A DNA stretch of 59,344 bases from Microbacteriaceae bacterium (GCA_046063405.1 JBJTMF010000063.1:1-59344); one strand, 5' to 3'; positions 10,494-20,164 are shown, numbered from the stretch's first letter. Translations and numbers: made by a program. Notes: a model not told the origin generated them from the sequence alone.

Positions 10494-11761
10494 CGCTCTA
10501 CCTCCTCGGGGCTCCAGAACCCGAGTGCACGTCGCATCCTGCGCATAGCGTCGGCACTAAAAATAACTGTCTTAACACCGGATTTAGGTTTAGGCAAGGC
10601 GAAGAACGTGTCCAAAGCTTCACCTAGATCGTCGGTTACCAAGTCAATGGTTTTATCGTGATATTCCAGCAGCAATGCCGCTTCGTAGGCGTTGTAACCC
10701 GTTACGACATTGGCGTGAGGGAGGTTTGAGTAGTCGACGGTCCACAGCCAAGAAGGGTCATGTACATCGCGGCCAATGGCGAACATAATCTGCTCGAGCC
10801 CAGGTTTGAGATTATCGAGATTCAACTGCATCGACCCCGGGTTTTGCACGAGGATGAATTCGACCGGCTCCCCATTCACCTCAGTAAGCTCTCCCCTAGC
10901 AAACACAGGGGGCAATTCATTCAAGGTTTTTGCTGCCAACCTTGAATCGAAGGAATCACCGAGATACGCGTAAGCGCTCTCTAAAGCCGCCACGGCATCC
11001 AGAACGAAATGGAGGCCACGATTAGGCAGCGTAAAGGTACCCGCACCGTATCCTTTTGAATCAAAACTGACTGTGGTTGATTGAATGGCTGTCGCCTCAA
11101 CATCAACTACGGGGCGTGAACGAGAAGGCAAATAAGTAGCCGCAGTGGCTAATCCATGCCTAGTACCCGCGATGAGATCTTCATTGATACCGAACCAACG
11201 TTTAGGCGCATCAGTGACTTCACCGATGATGATCGTGTTTTGATCATCGGCGTTCAGAATGACTGTTTTGGTGGCACGCGAAGCGACACGTGCGAGTGCT
11301 TCACGAACCAATGCCGGATCCACAAACCGATCAAGTTGATCCTCCATCACATTCATGACCGTGACTTGACGAGGCGCAAACTTGGCACTGAGAACATCAG
11401 CATGGCCCTCATCCATCTCAAGGATTGCAACATCTGCTGTAATACCGCTACGCAACGAAGCTTTTTCGATGATGGTGGAATAAAACCCTTGCAAAATGTT
11501 CGCGGTAGAGGGGTTAGTGAAAACTGATTTACCGTGTGCTCGAGCGATTCCTACTAGCATTTTTGTAGTCGTCGACTTGCCCGCTGACCCTGTGACAATA
11601 AGCAGTCCATCTGGAAAACGATCCAACGTGGCCGGCAAAATTCCTGGCGCCAGCTTGCTAAGGATCAGGCCGGGTAGCGCAGAGCCGCCACCCTTGCGAA
11701 CGATGCGAATGAGAAAGCGCGCCAGCCTTCCGATCAGAAGTGCAGGAAGGTAGCGCAGCAT
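10490..11761 (-). CDS. murT: MurT-type Mur ligase (DUF1727 C-terminus)
   Basis: GGSALPG, VTGSAGKSTT P-loop, LEMDE, EDQLDRF, LNADD, DPSWLW; paired with gatD. Confidence 0.88.
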   Translation of the reverse strand: MLRYLPALLIGRLARFLIRIVRKGGGSALPGLILSKLAPGILPATLDRFPDGLLIVTGSAGKSTTTKMLVGIARAHGKSVFTNPSTANILQGFYSTIIEKASLRSGITADVAILEMDEGHADVLSAKFAPRQVTVMNVMEDQLDRFVDPALVREALARVASRATKTVILNADDQNTIIIGEVTDAPKRWFGINEDLIAGTRHGLATAATYLPSRSRPVVDVEATAIQSTTVSFDSKGYGAGTFTLPNRGLHFVLDAVAALESAYAYLGDSFDSRLAAKTLNELPPVFARGELTEVNGEPVEFILVQNPGSMQLNLDNLKPGLEQIMFAIGRDVHDPSWLWTVDYSNLPHANVVTGYNAYEAALLLEYHDKTIDLVTDDLGEALDTFFALPKPKSGVKTVIFSADAMRRMRRALGFWSPEEVER

Positions 11762-11766
11762 GTTTC

Positions 11767-13494
11767 CTAGTTCTCTAGGAAGTCGCGAAGCATCTGCGAA
11801 CGAGAGGGGTGGCGCAACTTAGACATCGTCTTGGCTTCAATTTGTCGAATACGTTCACGAGTCACATTGAACTCTTCACCGATTTGATCGAGAGTCTTCT
11901 GTACGCCGTCACCGAGCCCAAAACGGCTACGGATTACGCCAGCTTCGCGCTTGTCAAGCGAATCCAGGATGCGGTCGAGTTCACGCTGGAGCATAGAGAA
12001 TCCAACAGCATCGGCTGGAACAACCGCTTCGGTGTCTTCTATGAGATCACCAAATTCAGAGTCACCGTCTTCACCGAGTGGAGTCGATAGCGAGATTGGT
12101 TCACGGCCGTACTTCTGAACTTCAACAACCTTTTCAGGGGTCATATCGAGTTCGCGAACAAGCTCTTCCGGGGTCGGTTCGCGGCCTAGGTCTTGGAGCA
12201 ACTGGCGCTGAACGCGAGAAAGTTTGTTGATGACTTCTACCATGTGCACCGGAATACGAATGGTGCGGGCCTGGTCTGCCATCGCACGAGTGATTGCCTG
12301 GCGGATCCACCAGGTGGCATAGGTGGAGAACTTGTAGCCCTTGGTGTAGTCAAATTTCTCGACGGCACGAATAAGACCCAAGTTTCCTTCCTGGATCAAA
12401 TCTAGGAACTGCATTCCACGACCGGTATAGCGCTTAGCCAGCGAAACTACGAGGCGGAGGTTGGCCTCGAGCAGGTGCGACTTTGCGCGTTGACCATCCT
12501 TCATGACCCACTTGAGATCACGAGCTAACGAGTCGGAAAGTTTTTTGTCAGTTGCGAGCTTTTCTTCAGCGAAGAGACCCGCCTCGATGCGCTTAGCAAG
12601 CTCGACCTCGAGTTCCGCGTTAAGAAGTGCGACTTTACCGATTTGCTTTAGGTAGTCCTTGACCGGGTCTGCAGTTGCTCCAGAAATGGTCGTGGTCTGA
12701 ACTGGAATGTCATCGTCGTCGCTGTGCGAGAGAACGAATCCTCCACCGGCCTCGACGGCTTTTTCTTTTTCTTTGGCTTCGTCGTCTTCGTGATGCTCTT
12801 CTTCGTGAGCCTCTTCCTCGGCTAGCTCCGCCGTGTCAACGATTGCTGCAGCTTCGCTAACAATGTCTGCGACCGATTCGAGTTCTTCTTCGTCCTCGAA
12901 GCCTTCTTCATCGCTCTCGGCTAACTTGGCGCTCTTTGGCTTCTTCGCAACTTTGCCTGCAACCGGGGCAACGTCTTTCTTAGTCGAAGCGCTCTTTTTT
13001 GCTGGCTTTTCAGCGGCTGTGGCAACCTCTGCGGTTTCGGGCTTGGCTGTAGCCTTCGGTTTGGCAACCTTAGTGATCTTTTCAGTCTCGACGACTTTAG
13101 TTGCAGTCTTTTTGGCAGTGGTCTGTGCTGCAGTCTTTGCAGCAGGCTTGGCTTTCGCTTCTGTGGCTTTGGCTTCTGCGGCTTTAGTTACCGGCGCGAC
13201 GGCCTTTAGCTTTGATGCCGGCGCTTCGGTGGAAGTTTTGCTTGTGCCGGCTGCGGTCTTGGTAGCCGGCTTGTTGGCCGCTTTAGGTTCTACGGAAGCC
13301 TTGGTGGCTTTGGCAGCAGGGGTCTTTTGAGAGGTAGGCGCTTTTGCAACCGACTTAGTTGGAATGGTCTTACTTTCTTTTACTTCGTTCACTGTGGACG
13401 CATCATTGCGTTGAATCTTGTCGTGCTCTGGGTGCAGCATTCGTGAGAGGAAGCCACGCTTCTTCTCGCCGTTCTCTTTTGCATCTTTAGCCAT
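11767..13494 (-). CDS. rpoD: Principal sigma factor (SigA/HrdB/RpoD)
   Basis: [56 protein letters not shown]; long Ala/Lys-rich then acidic N-terminus; ATG 13494 chosen as start (uncertain). Confidence 0.96.
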   Translation of the reverse strand: MAKDAKENGEKKRGFLSRMLHPEHDKIQRNDASTVNEVKESKTIPTKSVAKAPTSQKTPAAKATKASVEPKAANKPATKTAAGTSKTSTEAPASKLKAVAPVTKAAEAKATEAKAKPAAKTAAQTTAKKTATKVVETEKITKVAKPKATAKPETAEVATAAEKPAKKSASTKKDVAPVAGKVAKKPKSAKLAESDEEGFEDEEELESVADIVSEAAAIVDTAELAEEEAHEEEHHEDDEAKEKEKAVEAGGGFVLSHSDDDDIPVQTTTISGATADPVKDYLKQIGKVALLNAELEVELAKRIEAGLFAEEKLATDKKLSDSLARDLKWVMKDGQRAKSHLLEANLRLVVSLAKRYTGRGMQFLDLIQEGNLGLIRAVEKFDYTKGYKFSTYATWWIRQAITRAMADQARTIRIPVHMVEVINKLSRVQRQLLQDLGREPTPEELVRELDMTPEKVVEVQKYGREPISLSTPLGEDGDSEFGDLIEDTEAVVPADAVGFSMLQRELDRILDSLDKREAGVIRSRFGLGDGVQKTLDQIGEEFNVTRERIRQIEAKTMSKLRHPSRSQMLRDFLEN

Positions 13495-13545
13495 CGGGCG
13501 TCCAAACTTTCGGTTTGCAAAACTAGAGACATCAGGGCAACACAA

Positions 13546-13581
13546 GGACCCATGTCAAATCCACTGGGATCGACTGGGTCC
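13546..13581 (-). promoter_or_regulatory. Stem-loop in the rpoD 5' leader
   Basis: GGACCCA-GTC-GATCC...GGATT-TGAC-A-TGGGTCC imperfect inverted repeat. Confidence 0.5.
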
Positions 13582-13637
13582 AATAACAAGTATGCCACCG
13601 TCTAACGACATTGACTGCAAGGCGGCTGCCCGAGTTT

Positions 13638-13663
13638 CAACCGAAAAAGTCGTCTCGTATTCC
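13638..13663 (-). promoter_or_regulatory. ECF sigma (SigH/SigE/SigR-type) promoter upstream of rpoD
   Basis: GGAAT-N17-GTTG on the minus strand matches the actinobacterial GGAA-N18-GTT consensus. Confidence 0.6.
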
Positions 13664-13673
13664 TGATACATCC

Positions 13674-14927
13674 TTAAAACTCGAGCTGTTCGGTTTTTCT
13701 CGTGCCTCGGGCAGAAATGAAGAAGCCACAGAGACCAACAGCTATGACCAAAAACTGCGATGCGAAGGCCCAACGGAATCCGGGAATCACGTATAGCTCC
13801 GACTTCGACTGAACAGAAACGGCATCCAGAACTAACCCAACCAAAAACATCATGGTCAACGACGCCAAGAAACCGCCCGTATTTATGAAACCGTTCGCCG
13901 CACCTAATTCTCTCTTGTCGACAAACGATCTAGAGAAGTCGAAAGCCACCATGCTCGCTGGTCCTCCAGTGCCAATCAATATCGCAAAAACAACTAAACC
14001 AGCCTGGCCAACCGGCTCGGAAACCAAGCAAATAGTTAGGATCGCGAAGATGTTCAAGCCCACAACCACGAGCACCAACGCGGCTCGAAGATGCGGCCAC
14101 CTAGCCGTGAAGACGCCGAACACCAATCCGAGCAGGGCATTGGTTAAAACGAGAACTGTCAAAATGAACGATGCCTCTACTCGAGACAAACCCTGAGCGC
14201 CAATCAAAAATGGCACGCCCCACAAAAGTGCAAAGGTGGTTCCAGCTGATTGCGTGACGAAGTGAGTCCAGAAGGCCATTTGCACCGCAGGGCGCTTTAT
14301 GTTGCGACGTAAACCGGAAAACACACTCGCGATCGAAGTTGATCGGAAACTGCGGGGATCGGCACCGTCACTTGCAAATAGCCAAACAAGCGCCGAAATC
14401 ATTACACCGATAGCCGCAAGTCCCGAGAATGCAGGTGACCAGCCGAAAGCGTGAAGGGCAAAAGCAAAGGGAAATGCCGATAGGACTTGACCAAGCTGCC
14501 CTATGGTTGCCAACCACTGCTGTGCCAGTGCGGCAATCCGGCCGGAAAGCCAGTTATTGCTGAGTCTGATCATCGAAATGAAAGTGAATGCGTCGCCCAT
14601 ACCTACCGCCATGCGGCCAAGCACCGCTGGCGCTAGCTCAACTGAATTGGCAACGATTAGTTGACCCGCAGCCATCACCAATCCGCCAGTTATCAGCATT
14701 GCTCGCGCACCGAAACGATCTAGTAGCAGGCCCACTGGAATCTGCATGCCGGCGTAGACAATAAGTTGTAGAACTGCAAGTGAGGCGAGCTGTGAGGCGT
14801 TGGTGCCGAACCGTTCACTAGCCTCGAGTGAGGCTACGCCCATTGAAGTGCGCTGAGTTACCGCAGTGAGATATGCGAGATTTGCGGCAGTCAGCGCGAT
14901 GATGGCCGATGCCCTGTTCGACTTCAG
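13674..14927 (-). CDS. MFS transporter (probable CTG start at 14927; ORF track starts at 14843)
   Basis: Multi-TM MFS with motif A GLLLDRFGAR; the frame is open upstream of 14843 and encodes a first TM (KSNRASAIIALTAANLAYLTAVTQRTS). Confidence 0.85.
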   Translation of the reverse strand: MKSNRASAIIALTAANLAYLTAVTQRTSMGVASLEASERFGTNASQLASLAVLQLIVYAGMQIPVGLLLDRFGARAMLITGGLVMAAGQLIVANSVELAPAVLGRMAVGMGDAFTFISMIRLSNNWLSGRIAALAQQWLATIGQLGQVLSAFPFAFALHAFGWSPAFSGLAAIGVMISALVWLFASDGADPRSFRSTSIASVFSGLRRNIKRPAVQMAFWTHFVTQSAGTTFALLWGVPFLIGAQGLSRVEASFILTVLVLTNALLGLVFGVFTARWPHLRAALVLVVVGLNIFAILTICLVSEPVGQAGLVVFAILIGTGGPASMVAFDFSRSFVDKRELGAANGFINTGGFLASLTMMFLVGLVLDAVSVQSKSELYVIPGFRWAFASQFLVIAVGLCGFFISARGTRKTEQLEF

Positions 14928-15841
14928 TTTTCTTCGTCCTCGGCAATATTGCGTCGGCGCGCAGCCAAATAATCTTCGATATCGGATGCGATGTCATCGG
15001 CACTTGGAATAATGGCCTCGTTTGGTTGTACCTGAGCGCGAATAGGTGAGAGTCGACCGCTGGAGTAACCCTGCTCAAGTTGTTCGATGAGCCTAGATAG
15101 TTCAGGATTCTCAGGAACTTGAGCATCAAGTTTGTTGACAAATTTTCTATTCTGTTCTCGAAGTTCATCCGTTGGAAACACCCGGGACATGGCAGCACTG
15201 ATCAATTCGAATGCCGTGACCGCAACTTGCGGATACTCGGAGTCAGCGATGTAGTGAGGCACGAGTAGAACGAAACCCGTGGTTGGGATCTCGCGCTGCG
15301 AGGAGCAGTACTCGATTAGATGCAGAACATTTCCTGGTACCTGAGTTTCCGGCTTCCACTCGCTATAGCGGTCGATTAGGTCTTTGCGTGAACCACTAAC
15401 GGTGATTCCAAGAGGACGGGTATGTGGAACCGGGAACGGGATTGAATGCACCCAAACAAGTTGACTCACCGAGAGCGTGTCAAATAGCTCCATTAACGCT
15501 TGAGCGAAAGACTCCCAGGCAAAATCGGGCTCGTAACCATGCAGGAACCAGAACGACTGGCCAGCTTCATCGTGAACTAGATCTAAGGCCAAGATGGGAG
15601 GTTCGTAGCTCGAAATGTGATCTCGCTCGAAGAACATCACTGGGCGTCTGCTGCGGTAATCCAAGAGTGCATCGTTACTGAAGCGCACGAATTGAGTCGT
15701 ATCGAGGTGCGCGAAGATGCTCTCCGTGACTTGTGAGGTCGTGCCACCCGCATCTGTGAAACCGGTTAAGGCAGCCAAGACAGGAAGCCCCAACGGAAAC
15801 TGATCCTCATTGGTGAATTCGTACAGGTCTCGAGTGTTCAC
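14924..15841 (-). CDS. PAC2 (proteasome assembly chaperone) family protein
   Basis: LTGFTDAG, LLDYRSRRP, GYEPDFAWE, PVPHTRP, VPHY motifs. Confidence 0.9.
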   Translation of the reverse strand: MNTRDLYEFTNEDQFPLGLPVLAALTGFTDAGGTTSQVTESIFAHLDTTQFVRFSNDALLDYRSRRPVMFFERDHISSYEPPILALDLVHDEAGQSFWFLHGYEPDFAWESFAQALMELFDTLSVSQLVWVHSIPFPVPHTRPLGITVSGSRKDLIDRYSEWKPETQVPGNVLHLIEYCSSQREIPTTGFVLLVPHYIADSEYPQVAVTAFELISAAMSRVFPTDELREQNRKFVNKLDAQVPENPELSRLIEQLEQGYSSGRLSPIRAQVQPNEAIIPSADDIASDIEDYLAARRRNIAEDEEN

Positions 15842-15877
15842 GAGTCAATCCTAAAAGGGCGGTCGTAGCATTGGAAC

Positions 15878-17332
15878 ATGACCTCACTAAACATCACTTT
15901 CGGCAGCAAACTTCCAATCGGTGGCAAGACCAACATCGTCATTGGCGTCGTCGAAGAGAACAAAAGCCCCAAGCTTGCTGATGGCAGCGATTTTTCAGAG
16001 TTGTCGCAAGAGAAACTCGGCAAGTTGGGTGCCTCTTATGCAGCCGAGTCAACCACCAGAGTGCTAATCGGTGAACAACTAGTGGTGCTGCTAGGTACTG
16101 GTTCAAAGCCAAACTGGCGTGAACTCGGTGGAGCACTCGCAAGAGCCATCAGCAACTTAGCAGAGGTCAGCGTCAAACTTGCATTCGAATCGAAGTCTGA
16201 CACCAAGGCATTCGTCGAAGGCATGCACCTTGGAGGCTACCAATTTGATGGTTACAAGGGAACCAAGCCAACGGCACCAAAACTCACCCGAGTCACTCTT
16301 GTTACTCCACACAAACTCAGTTCGGCAGAACTTGAAGCTACCGCCACTATCGCCCAAGCAGTAAGTGCCGCTCGTGACCTGATCAACTCTCCCCCGAACG
16401 ATATCTATCCAGAGAGCCTGGCGGCATCCATCAAGAAGGCTGCGAAAGGATCTGGCGCAACCGTTGAAGTTTGGGACGTAACTCGCCTAAAAGCAGAAAA
16501 GTGCGTCGGCATTCTTGCGGTAGGCCAGGGATCGGCACGTCCTCCACGTCTGGTAAAAATTGATTACAAACCTAAAGGTGCCAAGAAGCACCTGGCACTT
16601 GTTGGCAAGGGAATAACTTTTGATTCGGGTGGTCTGACCCTGAAGCCTGGGCCCGGAATGCTTGGAATGAAATACGACATGGCTGGTGCCGCCACGGTAG
16701 GTCACGCGGCACTCGCAATCGCAAGATTGGGTCTTCCCATACGGGTAACGGCTTACCTTTGCGTAGCAGAAAATCTCCCATCAGGTTCGGCAACCAGACC
16801 AAACGACATCATCAAGTACCGAAACGGAAAAACTGTGGAGGTGACTAACACCGATGCCGAAGGCCGACTAGTGCTAGCAGACGGACTAATTCTCGCGAGT
16901 GAATCCAAGCCCGACCTAATCGTGGATGTAGCAACGCTCACCGGAGCCGCACGTGTAGCGCTGGGAGTTCGCACCGCTGGATTGATGGGTACCGAAGAAG
17001 GTATTACGGCTTTGCAGAAGGCATCGGCTACAACTGGAGAAGCGCTTTGGGCAATGCCGCTACCGGTAGAGGTTCGAAAATTGCTCGACTCAAACATTGC
17101 CGACCTGATCAACTCGAAACTTGGTGATCCTTCAGCCGGAATGCTCGTCGGTGGGCACTTCCTAAAAGAATTCGTTGGTTCAAAGGCCAAGGGCTCGAAC
17201 GAGCAACTCGAGTGGGCGCACCTGGATATTGCAGGTCCGGCCAATAACGATGGAACTGCGTACGGATACGTGCCTAAGGGCGCTACAGGCGTGATGTTGC
17301 GCACACTTATAGAGGTCGCCAAGTCGCTCTAG
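15878..17332 (+). CDS. pepA: Leucyl aminopeptidase (M17)
   Basis: VGKGITFDSGG, MKYDMAGAA, NTDAEGRL, ATLTGA, HLDIAG. Confidence 0.96.
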   Translation: MTSLNITFGSKLPIGGKTNIVIGVVEENKSPKLADGSDFSELSQEKLGKLGASYAAESTTRVLIGEQLVVLLGTGSKPNWRELGGALARAISNLAEVSVKLAFESKSDTKAFVEGMHLGGYQFDGYKGTKPTAPKLTRVTLVTPHKLSSAELEATATIAQAVSAARDLINSPPNDIYPESLAASIKKAAKGSGATVEVWDVTRLKAEKCVGILAVGQGSARPPRLVKIDYKPKGAKKHLALVGKGITFDSGGLTLKPGPGMLGMKYDMAGAATVGHAALAIARLGLPIRVTAYLCVAENLPSGSATRPNDIIKYRNGKTVEVTNTDAEGRLVLADGLILASESKPDLIVDVATLTGAARVALGVRTAGLMGTEEGITALQKASATTGEALWAMPLPVEVRKLLDSNIADLINSKLGDPSAGMLVGGHFLKEFVGSKAKGSNEQLEWAHLDIAGPANNDGTAYGYVPKGATGVMLRTLIEVAKSL

Positions 17333-17373
17333 TAGACTTTTCTAGTTCCCAACCGTTCCAGATGGAGTAACCA

Positions 17374-18750
17374 ATGGCTGATCACAATTTTGATGTCGTA
17401 ATTCTCGGCGGGGGAAGCGGTGGCTATGCCGCAGCGCTTCGTTCGGCACAGCTCGGCAAGTCGGTTGCCTTGATTGAAAAAGACAAACTCGGCGGCACCT
17501 GTCTGCACCGCGGATGCATTCCAACCAAGGCCCTGCTGCACGCAGCCGAAGTTGCTGATGTGACCAAGGAAGCAGCTCACGTTGGTGTAAACGCGCAGTT
17601 CCAGTCGATCGACATGAACGTGGTCAACAAGTATCGAGATGGCATCGTAGAGCGCCTGTTCAAGGGCCTCTCGGGTCTGGTCGGTTCAAAGAACATCACC
17701 GTGGTTGCCGGTGAAGGTCGACTTACCGGCCCTAAGACCATTACTGTCAATGGCGACACCTACACCGGTGCAAATGTGATCCTGGCATCAGGGTCTTACT
17801 CTCGCTCACTTCCAGGTCTTCAAATTGGTGGCCGAGTGATCACAAGCGAGCACGCACTGCAGATGGATTTCGTGCCAAACAAAGTGCTAGTTCTTGGCGG
17901 TGGCGTTATTGGAGTCGAATTTGCATCCATTTGGAAGTCTTTCGGTGCCGATGTCACGATCATCGAAGGCCTTCCACATCTCGTTCCAAACGAGGACGAG
18001 GCTGTTTCGAAGGGTCTCGAGCGTGCGTTCCGCAAGCGTGGCATCGATTTCAAACTTGGTGTTCGTTTCGCTGGTGTCGAACAGCACGAAAACGGCGTTG
18101 TAGTTTCGTTAGAAGACGGCACCAAACTCGATGGTGAACTGCTTCTAGTTGCAGTTGGTCGAGGACCAAACACTGCTGGTCTCGGCTATGAAGAGCAGGG
18201 TGTCGCGATGGATCGCGGATTTGTCTTGACTAACGAACGACTACAAACCTCGCTTCCAGGCGTTTACGCTGCCGGCGACATTGTTCCTGGACTCCAGTTG
18301 GCACACCGCGGCTTCCAGCAAGGTATTTTTATCGCTGAAGAAATCGCCGGACTGAACCCAGTTGCCATCGACGAGAACGGCATTCCTAAGGTCACTTATT
18401 GCGAACCAGAGGTTGCCAGCGTCGGACTCACCGAAGCCAAGGCACGCGAAGTGTATGGTTCGGAGAATGTTTCGGTTTACGAGTACAACCTTGGTGGAAA
18501 CGGTAAGAGCCAAATTCTTGGCACCGCCGGTTTCATCAAATTAATTCGTAAGAATGACGGCCCGGTTATCGGCGTTCACATGCTTGGTTCTCGCGTTGGC
18601 GAGCAAATCGGTGAGGCCCAATTGATCGTGAACTGGGAAGCGTACCCAGAAGACGTGGCCACCCTGGTGCACGCTCACCCAACCATGAACGAAGCTATCG
18701 GCGAGGCGCACTTGGCACTTGCCGGCAAGCCGCTTCACGCACACGCCTAG
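17374..18750 (+). CDS. lpdA: Dihydrolipoamide dehydrogenase (E3)
   Basis: GGGSGG, GGTCLHRGCIP, HAHPTMNE. Confidence 0.97.
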   Translation: MADHNFDVVILGGGSGGYAAALRSAQLGKSVALIEKDKLGGTCLHRGCIPTKALLHAAEVADVTKEAAHVGVNAQFQSIDMNVVNKYRDGIVERLFKGLSGLVGSKNITVVAGEGRLTGPKTITVNGDTYTGANVILASGSYSRSLPGLQIGGRVITSEHALQMDFVPNKVLVLGGGVIGVEFASIWKSFGADVTIIEGLPHLVPNEDEAVSKGLERAFRKRGIDFKLGVRFAGVEQHENGVVVSLEDGTKLDGELLLVAVGRGPNTAGLGYEEQGVAMDRGFVLTNERLQTSLPGVYAAGDIVPGLQLAHRGFQQGIFIAEEIAGLNPVAIDENGIPKVTYCEPEVASVGLTEAKAREVYGSENVSVYEYNLGGNGKSQILGTAGFIKLIRKNDGPVIGVHMLGSRVGEQIGEAQLIVNWEAYPEDVATLVHAHPTMNEAIGEAHLALAGKPLHAHA

Positions 18751-18780
18751 TATTGAGAAAGACTAAATAGGAGCAGATCT

Positions 18781-20112
18781 ATGAGCGACAACGTTGTACT
18801 ACCGGCACTCGGTGAAAGCGTTACCGAAGGAACGGTTACTCGCTGGCTAAAGAAAGTTGGCGACACGGTCGCTGTTGACGAGCCACTCGTTGAGGTATCG
18901 ACAGACAAGGTTGACACCGAGATCCCTTCGCCATTTGCAGGTGTGGTTGAGCAAATCTTGGTTCAGGAAGATGAAACTGTTCAGGTTGGTGGCGTTCTTG
19001 CCGTTATCGGTGGCGGCTCGGGTTCTGCCTCAGCTCCAAGCACTCCGGCCGTAGAAACGGCTTCTGCACCGGTCGAAACTCCAGCCGCAGCACCTGTTGC
19101 CGCTCCTGTTGCTGCACCAGTTACCTCACCGGAACCTGTCGCAGCCGTTGTTGTGCCGGCAATCGCTCCTGTTGCTGCACCGGTATCTGCGTCTGCTACC
19201 ACCTCCAGTGATCCTGGCTATGTCACACCATTGGTTCGCAAGCTTGCTAACGAGAATGGTGTAGACCTTGGAGCCGTTTCCGGCACTGGAGTTGGCGGGC
19301 GTATTCGTAAAGACGATGTCCTGGCCTCTGTTTCAGCGCCAGTTACTTCAGCTGTTTCAGCTCCTGCAGTAGCTAATGTCGCTGAGGTGTCGGCTTTGCG
19401 TGGAACCACAGAGCCGATGAGCCGTTTGCGTAAAGTTCTTGCCGAACGTGCCGTCGCTTCGATGCAGCAAACCGCACAGCTAACGACGGTCGTTGAAGTC
19501 GACGTGACCAAGATTGCAGCGTTACGCACACGCATTCAGCCACAGTTCGTGGCAGCCACAGGTGGCAAGCTCAACTTCATGCCTTTCTTCGCTCTGGCTG
19601 CCGCCGAAGCACTTCGTTCGCACCCGAAGTTGAATGCCACCATTGAAGGCGACAACATCGTTTACCACCCAACAGAAAACATCTCGTTTGCGGTTGACAC
19701 CGAACGCGGACTCTTGACTCCGGTTATTCGTGACGCTGGATCGTTGACCATCGCGCAGATCGCCTCCTCAATTGCCGACCTTGCAGCACGCACACGCGAC
19801 AACCGATTGAAGCCAGACGAGCTCGGTGGCGGAACTTTCACCTTGACCAACACTGGTTCACGTGGAGCTCTCTTCGACACTCCGGTTGTCTTCCTGCCAC
19901 AGGTTGCCATCTTGGGTACCGGTGTCGTGACTAAGCGACCTGTAGTCGTGACGGCTGCAGATGGTTCTGACAGCATCGCTATTCGTAGCATGGTGTACCT
20001 TGCGCTTTCTTACGACCACCGTCTAGTCGATGGCGCTGATGCAAGCCGCTACCTGGTAGATGTGAAAGCACGCCTTGAGCAGGCCAACTTTGAGCCAAAT
20101 CTAGGAATCTAG
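18781..20112 (+). CDS. dlaT: Dihydrolipoamide acyltransferase E2 (DlaT/SucB type) with one lipoyl domain
   Basis: EVSTDKVDTE lipoyl-Lys, Ala/Pro linker, GTGVGGRIRKDDV E3-binding domain, SYDHRLVDGA. Confidence 0.92.
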   Translation: MSDNVVLPALGESVTEGTVTRWLKKVGDTVAVDEPLVEVSTDKVDTEIPSPFAGVVEQILVQEDETVQVGGVLAVIGGGSGSASAPSTPAVETASAPVETPAAAPVAAPVAAPVTSPEPVAAVVVPAIAPVAAPVSASATTSSDPGYVTPLVRKLANENGVDLGAVSGTGVGGRIRKDDVLASVSAPVTSAVSAPAVANVAEVSALRGTTEPMSRLRKVLAERAVASMQQTAQLTTVVEVDVTKIAALRTRIQPQFVAATGGKLNFMPFFALAAAEALRSHPKLNATIEGDNIVYHPTENISFAVDTERGLLTPVIRDAGSLTIAQIASSIADLAARTRDNRLKPDELGGGTFTLTNTGSRGALFDTPVVFLPQVAILGTGVVTKRPVVVTAADGSDSIAIRSMVYLALSYDHRLVDGADASRYLVDVKARLEQANFEPNLGI

Positions 20113-20122
20113 TCAATTCTCC

Positions 20123-20164
20123 GTAAATGGGTCAGGCCTCTGGGACTGACCCATTTACTTTTTT
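20123..20164 (+). terminator. Rho-independent terminator after dlaT
   Basis: GTAAATGGGTCAG / CTGACCCATTTAC 13-bp inverted repeat followed by a T-run. Confidence 0.85.

Noticed and set aside
19020-19200. Imperfect repeats such as GCACCTGTTGCC / GCTCCTGTTGCTGCACC, and similar ones in rpoD 12930-13340
   Set aside because: They encode Ala/Pro or Ala/Lys linkers; no constant repeat-spacer pattern, so not CRISPR or a true tandem array
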